Below, one piece after another: positions 1-13,241 of a stretch of 64,000 bases of DNA. The stretch is from a bacterium (GTDB lineage Bacteria > UBA8248). The stretch covers positions 960,001 to 1,024,000 of the forward strand of contig CBDBZY010000064.1 in assembly GCA_965213685.1 (NCBI GenBank), read 5' to 3'. The position numbers were made by a program, and so were the translations under genes. A model generated the notes under the pieces. The model was not told where the DNA came from. It saw nothing but the letters and a program-made list of their open reading frames with translations, and ran no database searches. Within the stretch, counting starts at the first letter, position 1. Every line of letters starts with the position of its first letter.

Positions 1-790
1 CTTTTTACATCAGAGAGAAAACTGCCGAGTTCTTCAAGGTTGTTTTGATTACGGTTGAACACTGCAAAAGTAAATGCATGTACAATGTATATTGTAGGCT
101 AACCAGATTAGGATTTCAAACCCGCTATTATTCGTATACAGTATAGGTCTGTAACCATATGCAAAACAGTTACCAATCCTCGCGCCAACCTTACTTGCCC
201 CACTTTCCAAAATACGAAATGAAAACCTACCGTTATTTTGCTAGTTCACGCCGCATACATGTAGCAACGCACCTTGTCCGGGGAGACGTCAACCCAGCCA
301 CTAGGGGTACTTCTAGGATTCTCAAAAGTAAGCACCCTATCGGTCGCGCACAAGCCTTGAAGCTGGATGGCCACGGGAACAAAAACGGCGGTACGAAGCC
401 GCAGTCCGCGCGCAATGAGACTGAGCGATGGGGGGTAATGTGTGAGCCACGCCTTATCCCGCATGAGAAGGCGTGGCTCCACAAGTCTGCTATAGCTGAT
501 TAAGGGTGTATGCGAGCATAATGAGTTGTTTCGCTAGTTCACACTCGTATACATGTAGCTGTATCGTAACGCACCTTGTTCTGGGGCACTTTAACCCGGC
601 AACTCTCGGACTTCTTGTAGGACTCACAAGTAGCCCAATGCAGATGGTATGACCACTTGTTCCGTATTGTCTGACACCCAACCACCTGTCAATACATCAC
701 TGATCTTTTAGACCATTAGAAGAATCTACTCCTTTCGTGGAAGGCGCAAACTTTCAACCTGGTATAACCAGCTCCACTCCTTTGTATTAA
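1..790 (-). promoter_or_regulatory. Putative promoter/5'-UTR exon module of a sulfotransferase copy left of the window (module copy 1)
   Basis: CpG-rich block repeated four times in the window. Minus strand has a donor cg|gtaggt (225-230) and a small exon ttttgcag|TGTT.. at about 1-61. GAGCCACGCCTT/AAGGCGTGGCTC inverted repeat at 444-479. Confidence 0.5.
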
Positions 791-1727
791 ACTGAGAACA
801 TTAACATGTACATACAATGCCATGTTAATGCCATGGCCTGACCAGTATTTCCATTGAAAATGGGCGTGGCACAGTGTGGTAGGCATGGCCCCATGTAAAA
901 CGGATGTAGCACCTGTCCATGACTATTGGAGCTAGTTCTCAGTCTGAGAGGAACCATACCAGCCAGGTCTTGAAATTAACATTCCCAAGTATTCTTTGAG
1001 AAGAATTTCAGCATTGATCATTTTAATATTCAACATTAATTTTAAAAGTCTGTATATTATTTCCAAGATGAACATGGCTCGATCTTAGTGTACACATTAT
1101 GGGTGTGGTAATAATGGCCTGACCAATACGATTTTGCTGCCATGTCATGCACAATAGACTAATGGACTGCCATTTATAAACTCTATCACTCAATCCCAAA
1201 TACCTATTGGAGAATTTCCTACCCATTTGCACATTCTTTATACGTATCTGTTCAGTACCAGGCATTGAGAGAACAAACATAACTGAGACAATGGTTTTGC
1301 AAGTAGCTTTTGCTGGTAACAACAGGTCTAGTCTATTGAGCTAGACCCTCCTTCTGCTTTTATGCAAATCTCCACAATTTGGATACAAATGGAGGAAAAC
1401 GTCTAATTTAATAACTAAGTTCCTGTGTACTGGTATATGTAAAAATAATCTTGTTTCCATACAGATGACAGGCTTTGCAAGACTAGTTTGGGTTAGTTTA
1501 AATTTCACCATCTTGTGACTTTTATTGTGTCAGGCTACAATAAAATGCTACTTCCAATATCCAATTTTTACTACATTTAGAGTGTCCCACTGCACGTTAT
1601 TGTATCATGGATGAGTATAGCAGACACATGCAATTATGGTTAGTAAAACAGATACTTCTCATGGAATCAGTTCCTTCCAAGCATGTGGTCACACACGCAT
1701 ACAATGCAAGAGATTTCACAGAATAAT

Positions 1728-3066
1728 CAGAGAGTCGGTAGACTCTCTATGTAGGGATGGCTCCGGCCCGCCCATAGTGTGCGTACATTGGAAAGCCGTC
1801 TTAACTCGCGAACGCTCGCGTTCTAAGCCTTTCTGGACCCCTAGCTATCCTATTCGAACGTTTCTCTACTCAATGATACCCCCCAAGTAGCTTTAATGTA
1901 TCCCTAGGCTTACCGGCAGGAAACGGGCGAAGTGGTGATTTCTTTTTCTTTCTAATTCTTCTTCTTCTTCTTAAGAGATTTTTTTCAAACGACTTTTCTC
2001 GAAACTGGCAGAAGTAATCACCGTAATTCTTTACAGATCAACTGTAATCACTACGGCGTATGATCTGCCTTAACGGCATATTAGCATCTTCTCAAATAAG
2101 CAGAAACTAGAAGCATGGACAACATGCCCATATTTGGGAGCCATTTGCTAATAATTGTCACGTGACACAAATTGCAAGCACGTGAGGGCCGCCCGCCTCG
2201 CGCGCTCGCGCTCGCGCACAATCGTTCAAAGCCACGGCTTCCCCAGCACAGAGCAGCCTGTTTCAGCAGTATCTTACTTCACTGTTGTTTCAGAGTTGGA
2301 CTGTTCGTGTACGGATGGCGTCAAACAACCAATTGTGCGTGTACATAGGCCTACAAAAGCTTTCTTGGAGCGGACGCTTTTGTTCTCTTCAAGCCCCTCT
2401 GAGCACCAAGCGGCATTGTTCCAGCGACTTTCTACCAAACGGTACGCCCCCAAGATTGCATCACTGAGTTTCACTTCCGAGTAGGAAACGGAATCTTAGC
2501 AAACTTTCACAGTGGTGAACAGTAGTATAATCTGCCGGGTCGTACTTGGAAGTCACTGATACTTCCCAAGTAGCTAACGTCTATAGGTTTCGAGGGGCTC
2601 AGCCCCTTTTCCACAAACACACTAACATACATGCATACTAAAGGTGTTGGTGCTGAACTTAGAGAGAAACAACCTCCAGCCTGTATGGTAGTGTGGTACA
2701 ACAAAAGGCACACAAACAAGTATGAAAAACATTTTCCAAAAATGTATAGGGATGTAGGGATGGCAGTGCCAAAAACCACACAAACTAGATACATGGATGG
2801 CAGTGTTCAGGCAACACAGAGGACTACACAAGTAACCCCATCCCTACATCATTTTTTTTAATAGAACGTCTATCTAAGATTTGTTGTCAGAGTACTGGAA
2901 ACAGCTTTGGGCGGATAACAAAAATGAAAAATGATGTAGGGATGGGGTTACTTGTGTAGTCCTCTGTGTTGCCTGCACACTGCCATCCATGTATCTAGTT
3001 TGTGTGGTTTTTGGCACTGCCATCCCTACATCCCTATACATTTTTGGAAAATGTTTTTCATACTTG
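1728..3066. mobile_element. Truncated member of the CAGAGAGTCGG foldback family (left arm plus one internal hairpin)
   Basis: Starts CAGAGAGTCGGTAGACTCTCTATGTAGGGATGG like 17451; hairpin at about 2715-3066; absent from the paralogous site near 26280, where about 110 bp of flank survives that is missing here. Confidence 0.8.
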
Positions 3067-4087
3067 TATAATGTGGCTCTGCCATGATCACTGTGAAACT
3101 TGTACTACCTTTGGAGTAACTTGGGAATGAGTCATTGCCTGATGTGTGTGCATCATACATCAGTGTACGCTGGCCACAACGCATGTGAATATCACACATG
3201 GCAGTGGAAGAATGTTCATAAAGGAGACAAAAGGTTTGCCTGGTTAGTTGGGCCATGGCCACCTTGCTCTGCTGGCCTTGGGACTGTTGAGTAGTGCGTG
3301 GGGGATGATTATAACAAAGGGACACATGTATCATCAAATCCTCAATAGTGTAATTCTTTAGCACCTTTCTATGCAGTGTTGAGTGATGTACAATGAAGTG
3401 GGTGTCTCTTATCTTTCATTTAACCTTTGGAATTTAGACAAAACACAAACCATGATGTTTTCAGCTTATGATTGGATGTCCTCAACTATACGTACACTTG
3501 GGATTGTCGTGGGAAATGTTCTGTACCCTTGCAAATGAGAACAATGCACAGGAATGTTGCTCCTACTATGTATGTACATGCACAGGCATCTTCAAAACAA
3601 ATGTACTGGCATATTCCAAGCACAATCCTCAGTACTAGCAACACTATTAATTCACCTGTTATGGCACCTATGTAGGTCATTCAACATATAGTATGCCTTT
3701 TGTGTGCATGAAGCAGGCTTAGTACTAATGCAGTGTCCCCGAATACCTGGTGTGTGACCAGCACATACCACACGTAGGTGTGAACAACTAAATCGTGCTT
3801 ACTATGTATAACCCCTTACACTGTGGCTAAGGACCTCCCATATTTGGACATAGAAATATGAGCAGTATAGCAAAGGACAGTCCAGTAGTGTACTATCCAC
3901 ACATTTTCCACATGCCTTCGTCTCAAGGGTATAAGAGAAGTAAGAACTCAGTGTGGGAGTGACATGATGACATTCAGATGCAACTGAGAGGGGTTAAAAT
4001 AACCATCTCTTGTGTTCCAGTGCTATGCAAAGGCTTTAGAGTATAGAGTACAATATTAAAAAGCAAGGATCAGTTTCTGTGGCTTAC

Positions 4088-4872
4088 TTTTTTACATCAG
4101 AGAGAAAACTGCCGAGTTCTTCAAGGTTGTTTTGATTACGGTTGAACACTGCAAAAGTAAATGCATGTACAATGTATATTGTAGGCTAACCAGATTAGGA
4201 TTTCAAACCCGCTATTATTCGTATACAGTATAGGTCTGTAACCATATGCAAAACAGTTACCAATCCTCGCGCCAACCTTACTTGCCCCACTTTCCAAAAT
4301 ACGAAATGAAAACCTACCGTTATTTTTGCTAGTTCACGCCGCATACATGTAGCAACGCACCTTGTCCGGGGAGACGTCAACCCAACCACTAGGGATACTT
4401 CTAGGATTCTCACAAGTAAGCACCCTATCGGTCGCGCACAAGCCTTGAAACTGGATGGCCACGGGAACAAAAACGGCGGTACGAAGCCGCAGTCCGGGGC
4501 TGAGCGACGGGGGGAAATTGTGAGCCACGCCTTATCCCGCATGAGAAGGCGTGGTTCCACAAGTCTGCTATAGCTGATTTAGGGGTGTATGCGAGCATAA
4601 TGAGTTGCTTTGCCAGTTCACACTCGTATACATGTAGCTGTATCGTAACGCACCTTGTTCTGGGGCACTTTAACCCAGCAACTCTCGGACTTCTTGTAGG
4701 ACTCACAAGTAGCCCAATGCAGATGGTATGACCCCTTGTTCCGTATTGTCTGACACCCAACCACCTGTCAATACATCACTGATCTTTTAGACCATTAGAA
4801 GAATCTACTCCTTTCGTGGAAGGCGCAAACTTTCAACCTGGCATAACCAGCTCCACTCCTTTGTATTAAACT
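4088..4872 (-). promoter_or_regulatory. Putative promoter/5'-UTR module, copy 2
   Basis: Near-identical to 1-790; 61-nt minus-strand exon 4088-4148 bounded by ttttgcag and gtaagc. Confidence 0.5.
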
Positions 4873-5019
4873 GCAAGAAGTCTCCTTCCCAAGATTGATG
4901 AACTAGGTGCTAGTGTGGAAAATGTTGAGCCAACTTAATCTGCATAGTGGAATTTCAATGGCGGGTTATATAGGTTAGACCGGAACAGGCATGGTGTTGG
5001 AGTCATATTTCACTTGGAT

Positions 5020-5683
5020 CACTAATGATGGGTTCTCCCAATCTCTCTTTTTTTCACCACTTTTGAAATAAGGAATTTTTTTAATGCCACCTGGATCTTC
5101 TCCTGCAGATATTCTTACCCCGCGCACGCATGCGCACAGCGAGTTAATAATGCCTTCCAAGGGGCACGGACATGTATACACAAAAGTACTACAAGCAGGG
5201 TAATAACTCAAAAAAGGAGATAAAAGTGAGCAATATCTGAAAAAAATATCATTACAAAATAGCATGAATAATGGCCTCGGATGTGGAATGTTCAGGCATC
5301 CGCAGCGGCCTGTAGTGTGCATTGATGACATGTTCTAGGAGAGGGACTTCACAGCTGTCACAGTAAAGGCACGGCTTTTCCCCTCTTCCATGGTGACTCA
5401 TTAGCCTTATGAGGGCTTGCACACATTTGGTGTACCTGCCACCACACTCAAGGTCACTATCCCAAATCCTAGACCTCTCTGCTACTGCTGCAATCATGGA
5501 GGCTTTTTCCTTGCATTTCTTAACTGACATCATATGGTCTTTCTGCAATAACTGGTTTCTCATCAACTTGAAACAGAAATCTTCCCTCCGCAACAATTTC
5601 CCCACAAACTCACAACCAAACCATTCTACCAATTCCACACACTCTCCAAACACACAGACTCAATATCATCAACACATGCATGC
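5020..5683 (-). mobile_element. 3' remnant of an RTEX/L2-like non-LTR retrotransposon
   Basis: ORF 5252..5653 (ECVELVEWFG...IWDSDLECG...KPCLYCD); homologous to 31790-32520 and 46020-46700. Confidence 0.6.
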
Positions 5684-5705
5684 CACAGGGGCGGATCTAG
5701 GCCCG

Positions 5706-5736
<31 letters not shown>

Positions 5737-6493
5737 CTCCCTCCGCTAAAATACCACCATGGGCGCATGCGCATTGTCGAGTGGGCCCGTAGGTGAATGC
5801 TACGCATTCTAGTCGAACATCGCGCGCGTATTACACGGAGGGCATGATTTTCCCACTGACCAGGTCCCAAGTGTATTCTTCAACTATATCTTGCATTGAT
5901 AAGACCTCATACGGAATATGCAAGTCAAGTATGGAGCCCGTATGTGCAAAAAGACATTGACCGTCTTGAAGGTGTGCAAAAATATACACAGCGCATGCAT
6001 GTGCTCTAAACAGTGGAAAGTGGGATACCATAATCTACATGCATCTTTTGGTGTTCCCGGTTTGAGTGACCACAGACTGTACTTAAACCTGTGTATGATG
6101 TATAAGATAATACATAAGGCCAAGTAGAGTAAATTGTTAGTTTCTCATCGCCGTGCGCGCGCTCTTCCGGCCAGCGTGCGCTACGTTTTATTCGGTTTGC
6201 AAGCAATGACGTAGTTATTAATACAGTAGATTCAGCTCAAAATTTGTATTAGGGGGACTCTCAATCCAGCATGTAGCGACTCCGCCGAGTGTCAGTGACA
6301 CCAAACCATCCATACTGTCATTACTGCCTAAGAACTCTGACGTTTATTGTCGTCCGCATTCGTTAACGTCATAGTGCTTAGGCATTAAGCAAATGGTAAA
6401 TAATAAAAATAAAATTCCTCTCTGCGTCCCTATTTTGGATACTTAAGTGGATGAGAAACTAGTAATTTACTTTACTTGGCCTAAGTTAATATA

Positions 6494-6960
6494 CCCGAGC
6501 TGGAAAGGTGAACATACCTCTCCTTTTTCTGAAACTCTGCATCTGTAGCAACTGTAGGCCTCTCTTGATGACGAGATTGACGGCCCTTACTGAAACGACA
6601 ACTCAGGCCATGTGTCCCAAGTCTGTTTCCCGGTAGCATGAGCAAATATGTGGTCGGCAGAGAGATGCTCCAAGCCTGGTGGAGGGGTGACTTAGTAGCT
6701 ACACGAGTAATTGCAATCTCTCCCCGCTTTCTTCAGTTTCTATACTAGAGACTTGTGTGGTTCCCATTTTGTTGTGTGGATCATTGTTGTGTGAATCATA
6801 GTTGGAGAGTTTTGAAGGGGAGTTTGCAAAATGAATTCTCACTCAAGCGCAGGCCGAAAGCAGCAATAGGGAGCGCATTGAGCCAGGCGCCTGACTCTGG
6901 GCATGCAATAGCCAAGAGACGGGCCTTGGACTGACTATCTGGAGCCTCCTCCAAAAGCAT
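6494..6960 (-). mobile_element. CRE-clade (restriction-like endonuclease) non-LTR retrotransposon fragment, rearranged
   Basis: ARLLAIACPESGAWLNALPIAAFGLRL motif; paralog of 33140-33584. Confidence 0.6.
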
Positions 6961-7677
6961 GTTATTATTATTTTTATTACTATTATTCTTAAATATTTTT
7001 ATTACCAAAACAAGGTGAAAGGTACAGCAAAGAGAAGAAAAGAAAGAGCAGAGCACATAAGAATGACTGACATGAAAGTGCCCTTAGAAGTGACTCACAT
7101 AGAGAATGTAAACCATAAGTCTTCTAATAGAGATGCTCTGTTTTTGAGACGTAAGCTCTCTCACGCGCGTACACCTATGCGCTTTTTAGAATTATGCACG
7201 TAGGTATCATCATGCTTTATTATTGGCGAAATCAAATTTGGCGGATGCTTGCGATTCGCCAAACCGCCAAATTAAAGTCCTCGCCAAATTTTCCTGCTAC
7301 AGTGGAACCTCCCTTAACGGACCCTCCGAGATGCTGACAACCTAGATAGAAGAAGAACGGGATTGGAAACCTAACATTAACCCGTTTTATCCGTGGTACG
7401 GTCACGTGAGGGCGAGTACTCGATGGACGGTGGTGAATATCATGGTTATGAGCGTCAAACAACACAAGCAGTATTGTAAAAGTGATTTTTCACTAGTGTT
7501 TGTTTCACCCATAGATAGGTTCACCTTCCTGGCACCATACGTCTTCCTTTCAGAATTCTTCTTCTGAACTAATCAAAACTACCCGTTCCATTTGCACACG
7601 TCTCACGCCTTACATGAGAGATACTGGAGGTACCATTCCATACAAAATACACTGTTATTACCACACGTTTGACTTAA

Positions 7678-8552
7678 GGGAGGGCGAGTCATGATTGCGT
7701 TCTTCGTCAATTACTCTACCGTCGCTTTCCCCCTACATTTACCAACGCTAAAACGACAGCAATTCTTTGGCGCGGTTGCAAATTCGCTGGGAAAAAAATT
7801 CATATTTCCCGCTACCGTTGGACGTGCGGCGCTGTGTGGCGCCAACCGGTGAAGAGGTGGATGCTCGCCAAAGGGGAGTGAACTAGTTTATGCGCAATGG
7901 GTTGCTCGAGGTTTGGCTTGCTATTTTACGGCAGAATTTGCTACCGTTTTTCTAAATTCTGCAGCACAAAACTACGTTATTTTGCTAACAGGCATCATTA
8001 GGAGAATACAATAAAACATAAATCAGGCAAAATCATGTCTTAGGGTCGTCCTGCCTTAATAGTTTTGCGTGATATGTCGGTTCATAGAATTATAAAATTT
8101 ACGCAATATGCATATCGTTAATTATAGAAAAACAATTTGCCAATAACGGCTAATGCTGCAGAGACGAAACTTCGGTGGATGATTACTAAGCATGTTGGCT
8201 ATCTAAGTTTGCTTTAAAAATCCGTGCTAAATCTTTCTTTCTAGACATATAATCGTTTTCTTCGTGCTGCAGAATTTCGAAAAACGGTAGCAAATTCTGC
8301 CGTAAAGTAGCAAGCCAAGCCTCGAGCAACCCATTGCGCATAAACTAGTTCACTCCCCTTTGGCGAGCATCCACCTCTTCACCGGTTGGCGCCACACAGC
8401 GCCGCACGTCCAACGGTAGCGGGAAATATGAAATTTTTCCCAGCGAATTTGCAACCGCGCCAAAGAATTGCTGTCGTTTTAGCGTTGGTAAATGTAGGGG
8501 GAAAGCGACGGTAGAGTAATTGACGAAGAACGCAATCATGACTCGCCCTCCC
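7678..8552. mobile_element. Rearranged Kolobok-like MITE with about 290-bp inverted arms
   Basis: Order is R(inverted)-L(inverted)-TTAA-M-R of the 575-bp element; TTAA at 7674-7677 and 8553-8556. Confidence 0.8.
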
Positions 8553-9120
8553 TTAAATCGCTACTTCTAACACGAGCAAGTAGTAAAAGGTCCACAAAGT
8601 CAACCGTACCGCTACCATCGTTTACCTCCGTTCGTAGAAAACCAGGCTAATTAACAGTCTAAGTCACTAGAACACACGTAGAAAAACACATATAACAAGC
8701 TTTCTGGCTACTAAAACTATCATAGTCTCAGCTATAGGTCCACAACCTCTGGACTAAACCGTACCGCGGAGTAGGAAGTGCCGCCCCCCCATTGAAATGT
8801 ACGGCGTGCATGACGTCATGTGACGTCCGTTTCCAGCTTCTGTCTACGGTACAACGGACAGCAGGCACCGTTTGATTTTAGCATGCGTCTAGTACATTTC
8901 TACGGTGGCCCACAGGGTTCACCCGCCGCGCCCGTACCCGCTGCAGCGTCACACTTGATGTGTTGGGCGCTGTAAGTGTCTGTATTTATGCACGCAACTT
9001 CACGTGATCTGCTAAGTGCTGTCTGACCATAAGAAATGTCAACAAATGTCGAGTATGGCAGGCAGGCAGGCAGGCAGGCAGCAGGCACCGTTTGATTTTA
9101 GCATGCGTCTAGTACATTTC

Positions 9121-9319
9121 TACGGTGGCCCACAGGGTTCACCTGCCGCGCCCGTACCCGCTGCGGCACCCCATGCTTATACACCCGCCGCAGCGGTATC
9201 CGGCACCTGCGCCCGTACCCGCTGCGGCACTCGCTGCGGCGGGTGTATAGAGCATGGGGTGCCGCAGCGGGTGCCGCCGCGGGTACGGGCGCGGCGGGTG
9301 AACCCTGTTGGCCACCGTA
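9121..9319. mobile_element. GC-rich palindromic MITE, IS3EU-like (TAC..GTA ends, 6-bp TSD CATTTC)
   Basis: catttc[TACGGTGGCCCACAGGGTTCACC...GGTGAACCCTGTTGGCCACCGTA]catttc; the left end and flank are duplicated at about 8859-8945. TSD could be read as 6, 8 or 10 bp depending on where the ends are placed. Confidence 0.6.
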
Positions 9320-9872
9320 CATTTCTAACCTCCGAGAAACGGACAATTGTAACCTCTCTGTTCCGGACAACGGACATTCAGAATGATCGTGGCTCTACAA
9401 AAAAGTCTCTAAGAGCGAACAGACTGAAAGCCACGCCCCCTCGTACTAGGGAAGGCGTGGCTCTGTCACATCAAATTTGGTCCTAATGAAAAGTGGTCCT
9501 AGGACCATTTCTGTCCCGTCAAAATTGGTCCTAGGACAATTTTTGTTCTGTCAAAAGTGGTCCTAGGACTGTTTTTGTCCTGTCAAATTAGGTCCCCTAG
9601 GACCAAATGTGTCAACAAAAATGGTCCTACCTAAGCAGTTTTGGTCCTACACAGGACCGTTATTGTTCTGTCAAATTTGGTCAGTTTTTGTCTTCTTGTC
9701 AATTGTGATGCTCCTCACAGACATACACTGTCAACAACTTCCATATACCTCTGCATCCCTACACCCAAGGTTTTGTTGACATGTTCCACATGAATATTGA
9801 AAGTAGAACAATAAATCAGTCGTGATGTTCAATATCATAATAATAGCAAAGAGGATAAATATGCACAAGTCC

Positions 9873-12800
9873 TTAGTTACAAGCATGACACTGCCATTCT
9901 GCTCCTTTCATAAAAGCACCCTTGGGAGGAGCAACGCAAGTACTCAAATGGAACCACTCCCTACATGTTGTGCACTGTATCATGGCAGCTGTTGGGGTGT
10001 GTTGTGGCATTCAACATGTACAGAATACGTTGAACACCTGCTGCTTGGTCAGTTTCGTACGGTTCCGTCGCTCCTTAAGGACAGGAAACATGTTCAGGTT
10101 TCCATTTTCTAGGCTTCCCTGTAGGTGTTTCTTCCTTGGTTGAAGTGTACATTGCCAGGTTCATCCCCTGATGCCAGTGTATAGGCGAATGCCAAAGCAA
10201 AAAGTCCACAGTCAGCTCCTCCCATCTGCCTCTGAGTAGCCATGAACCTGCAAGCATACAAACACTGTGAATGCAACATACATATGAGATAGAGATTGGA
10301 TATACCTGATTGTTATGCTCCTTTCCTTTGTGCACAAAAGTGCAGCTATTTGAGCCTCTAGGTCCTTGGATGGCTTTCGAGCAAGGCTGTCATAGAGGCA
10401 GATCTCTCCAGGTTTGCAGCCAATGGTTGACACGGTGACCCAGTGATCACCACCAGTGTGGAGCACTTGCACAAAGTCCTTATGCTCAACAGCAAATGTT
10501 AGTGTTTTTCCCAAGCATACATCCTGAAAACCAGATACATGGAAAAACTGTTTCTCGATCAGCACTTGGCCTGCATTAATGAGCCTGTCGTTCAGCCACC
10601 CACCACTTTCCAAAGTGCACTTGTCTTCAAACAGCAGCCCTGCTACCCATTTCCTTGGTTCCTTTGTTGTGCATACATAATTGTCAAGACAAATCACCTA
10701 AAGGTGTGGTTGAGCTACCTTGGCTGAGGAAGTGGAGGGAGCAGTCTTAGATGAGGATGTCGATGGAGCATACTTGGCTGAGGATGTGGAGGGAGCAGTC
10801 TTAGATGAGGATGTCGATGGAGCATACTTGGCTGAGGGTGTGGGTGGAGCTGTCTTGGCTGAGGATATGCAGGATACGGAGGAAGCAGTCTTGGCTGAGG
10901 GTGTGAAGGAGACACTCAGGTGTAAGGGGGTGGATGGGTGGGAGGTGGCACTTGAATATGAAGCAGAAGAGTGGGGAATAGGTGATGGTGGAGTATGGAG
11001 GTCTGGGAAAAAGTCAGGGAGATAGCCTCCTGAGTTAACTGGAGTGCTGTAATGTGTAGGGCCAGCATCCACACCGTTCTCACTCCAATCCTACAAAGAG
11101 AAGGCAACGATGTGTGTGGCAGTATTACTGGTACACAATTAAATATCATTACAATGTACATGTACCTTGTTGACTGCAGTGTCAGCCTGAGGAGGGTTGG
11201 GTTGTGGAGTGTTGATTCCAGGGATGATGGACCAAGGAGAACTGGTCTGAGGAACTTGAGGATTGGAATGAAGTGAATTCACTGAAGACTGACGTGGAGT
11301 ATGAACTTCAAAACATAGCCTATGCTTCTTTGGCCGAGGAGGACTGAGCTGTGGAGACCTACACGGAAGTATAAGTCATCAATCTGAGGCAGCAATAATA
11401 CAAAGAGAACAACCTGGAGCATGGAGGTAGCTGCAGACGTGGGGGGAGTGGAGGGATTGAGTCATCAAGCCAAGACAGCTGTGATGGTGGGGTTGAGTCA
11501 TCCACAGAGAGGGTAGGTGAACTCTGTAAGCACAAACAAAGGTAAGGATGGTGTTGCACCAGTTCTAGAATTCTACAAACACTGTTGAATGTAGATCTGC
11601 TGTAGATTGCTAACCTCAGCCATTGGACTGGGGGGAGGAGTACTGTATGGCTTTAGATGGCCACCACTGACTCTTGGCACAACCACATCTATGTTGTCAA
11701 CTGCTCTCAGTGCATACAACGCCTTGCCGAGACACTTGGTGATAGTGTATGGTCCCTGCCACTTGAGATCCATCTTGCCACCCTTTCACTTCCTTCTGGT
11801 AAAATCCCTCAGCAATACCTTGGCTCCCAACTTATAAGCACCACCAACACAATGCTTCCGATCATAATGCTCCTTCTGCTTTTGCTGGGCGATGAGTATG
11901 TTTTCCTTTGCTGCTTGAATGATCTTCACATGATGTGTAGTTGCTCTGTCCACCTGTGAAAACAGGCAAATGAATGTTGCACACTAAACTACAGCAACAA
12001 TATACCTGGGAAGGTGACAGTTCTGGTTTCTGCTGGATCTCCTTCCGTATCAGGTCTGGATCATTGCCACACATCTGGAGGTCAATTGGTAGTACAGCCT
12101 TTCTTCCAAACATAAGCTCATAGGGAGGGTAGTGAGTGGATTCATGCCGAGATGTGTTGTATGCAAACACACGTGTGTCAAGAAACTGCTCCCACAGCTC
12201 CTTTTTTTCTGCCACATACTTCACTAACATGTTTTGAAGGGTCTGGTTGACTCGTTCGTCAAGTCCATTGGCCTGTTATTGTAGTAGGAACATTGTCTGA
12301 CACAACTATCTTTCGTGTACTATAATGTCTAGTACCTGTGGGTGATAGGCAGTGGTCAGCTTGTGCTTGATACCAAGGAGGTGCATGATCTCCTTGTTTA
12401 GGAGGTTGTTGAACTCCTTTCCTTGGTCACTTGTGCCAACTCTTGGCAAACCCATCCTCATGAAGAGCTAAGGGAAACAATCAAATAGTTATGAAGTTTT
12501 AATAACTAATTCTTCTCATTCTTACCTTGAAAAGTGACAGTGCAGTCTTGTCTTGTCTTGTCTGGGGTGGCAAAAGCCTCCACCCATTTGGTGCAGTAAT
12601 CACTGCAAGTCAGAATATAACGATTGCCAGCTGGGGATGGGTAGGCCAGTGGGCCCACAAAGTCAATTCCTATGTGGTGCCATGGAGCTTTCACAGGGAT
12701 AGTATGCAGCTCTGGACGCACCAGTGGCAGCTTTCCATTCACTTTCTGACAGACATCACACCTAGCAACCTAATGAGTGACAGTTGTAACTAAAAAAATT

Positions 12801-13241
12801 GAACTCAAGAGTTATGCGCTGCTTACCATCCCCTGGCAATCCTTCACTATGCCCTTCCATACAAACCGCTCATTGATGCGTGCTAAAGTCCTCCGAAAGC
12901 CTAGATGGCCCGATGTTGGATCAGAGTGACATGCGCGCAGGATTCGGATCTGCTCATCCCTGGTTCTGATGTACCGGATCAGTACCTCCGTCTGCAGTGA
13001 AATGCGTAATGGAAAAAACGCGGAGAATTTGGATAAATATACACACCTTCTTTCCGCCTAGGCGGCGGACAGTCTTCTTGTAGAGTAGCTCCCCATCACG
13101 CGTTACAAACTTCGCTGCCTTTCGGCGAATCACTCGCTTTTCGTTGCCTTTGCACCCGTTGGGGTAGCGTCCTTCGGTTAAGTAGATGTAGGCCTTGTCA
13201 AGAAGATCTCCGCTGGCTTCAATCTCCTTGTCCTGCTGCAT
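9873..13241 (-). pseudogene. Spliced Ginger1 transposase: HHCC zinc finger, DDE integrase, GPY/F, Ser/Pro linker, Ulp1 (C48) peptidase, PHD finger; slightly decayed
   Basis: Spliced exons give CHSDPTSGHLG..CDVCQ, GIDFVGP, SDQGKEF, YHPQ|ANGLDERVN, KWQGPY, Ulp1 motifs GDHW/YDSL/QMGGADCG and PHD FCTC*..IQCTTCREWFH..C..WQCHAC. Lesions: TGA at 10011-10013 and a (GACAA)n slippage near 12545-12563. Confidence 0.85.
10719..10900 (-). repeat. 27/54-bp coding minisatellite in the Ginger1 linker
   Basis: Repeats encode (S)SAKYAPSTSSSKTAPST. Confidence 0.8.

Noticed and set aside
159-503. 114-aa ORF and its copies (29015, 44868 and the minus-strand ORFs in the same block)
   Set aside because: Frames are broken by different indels among the four copies and no domain is recognisable; a promoter/UTR module fits better.
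8345-8539. 64-aa ORF MIAFFVNYS... repeated at 20371, 49900 and 58669
   Set aside because: Conservation reflects the young Kolobok-like MITE; no protein motif.
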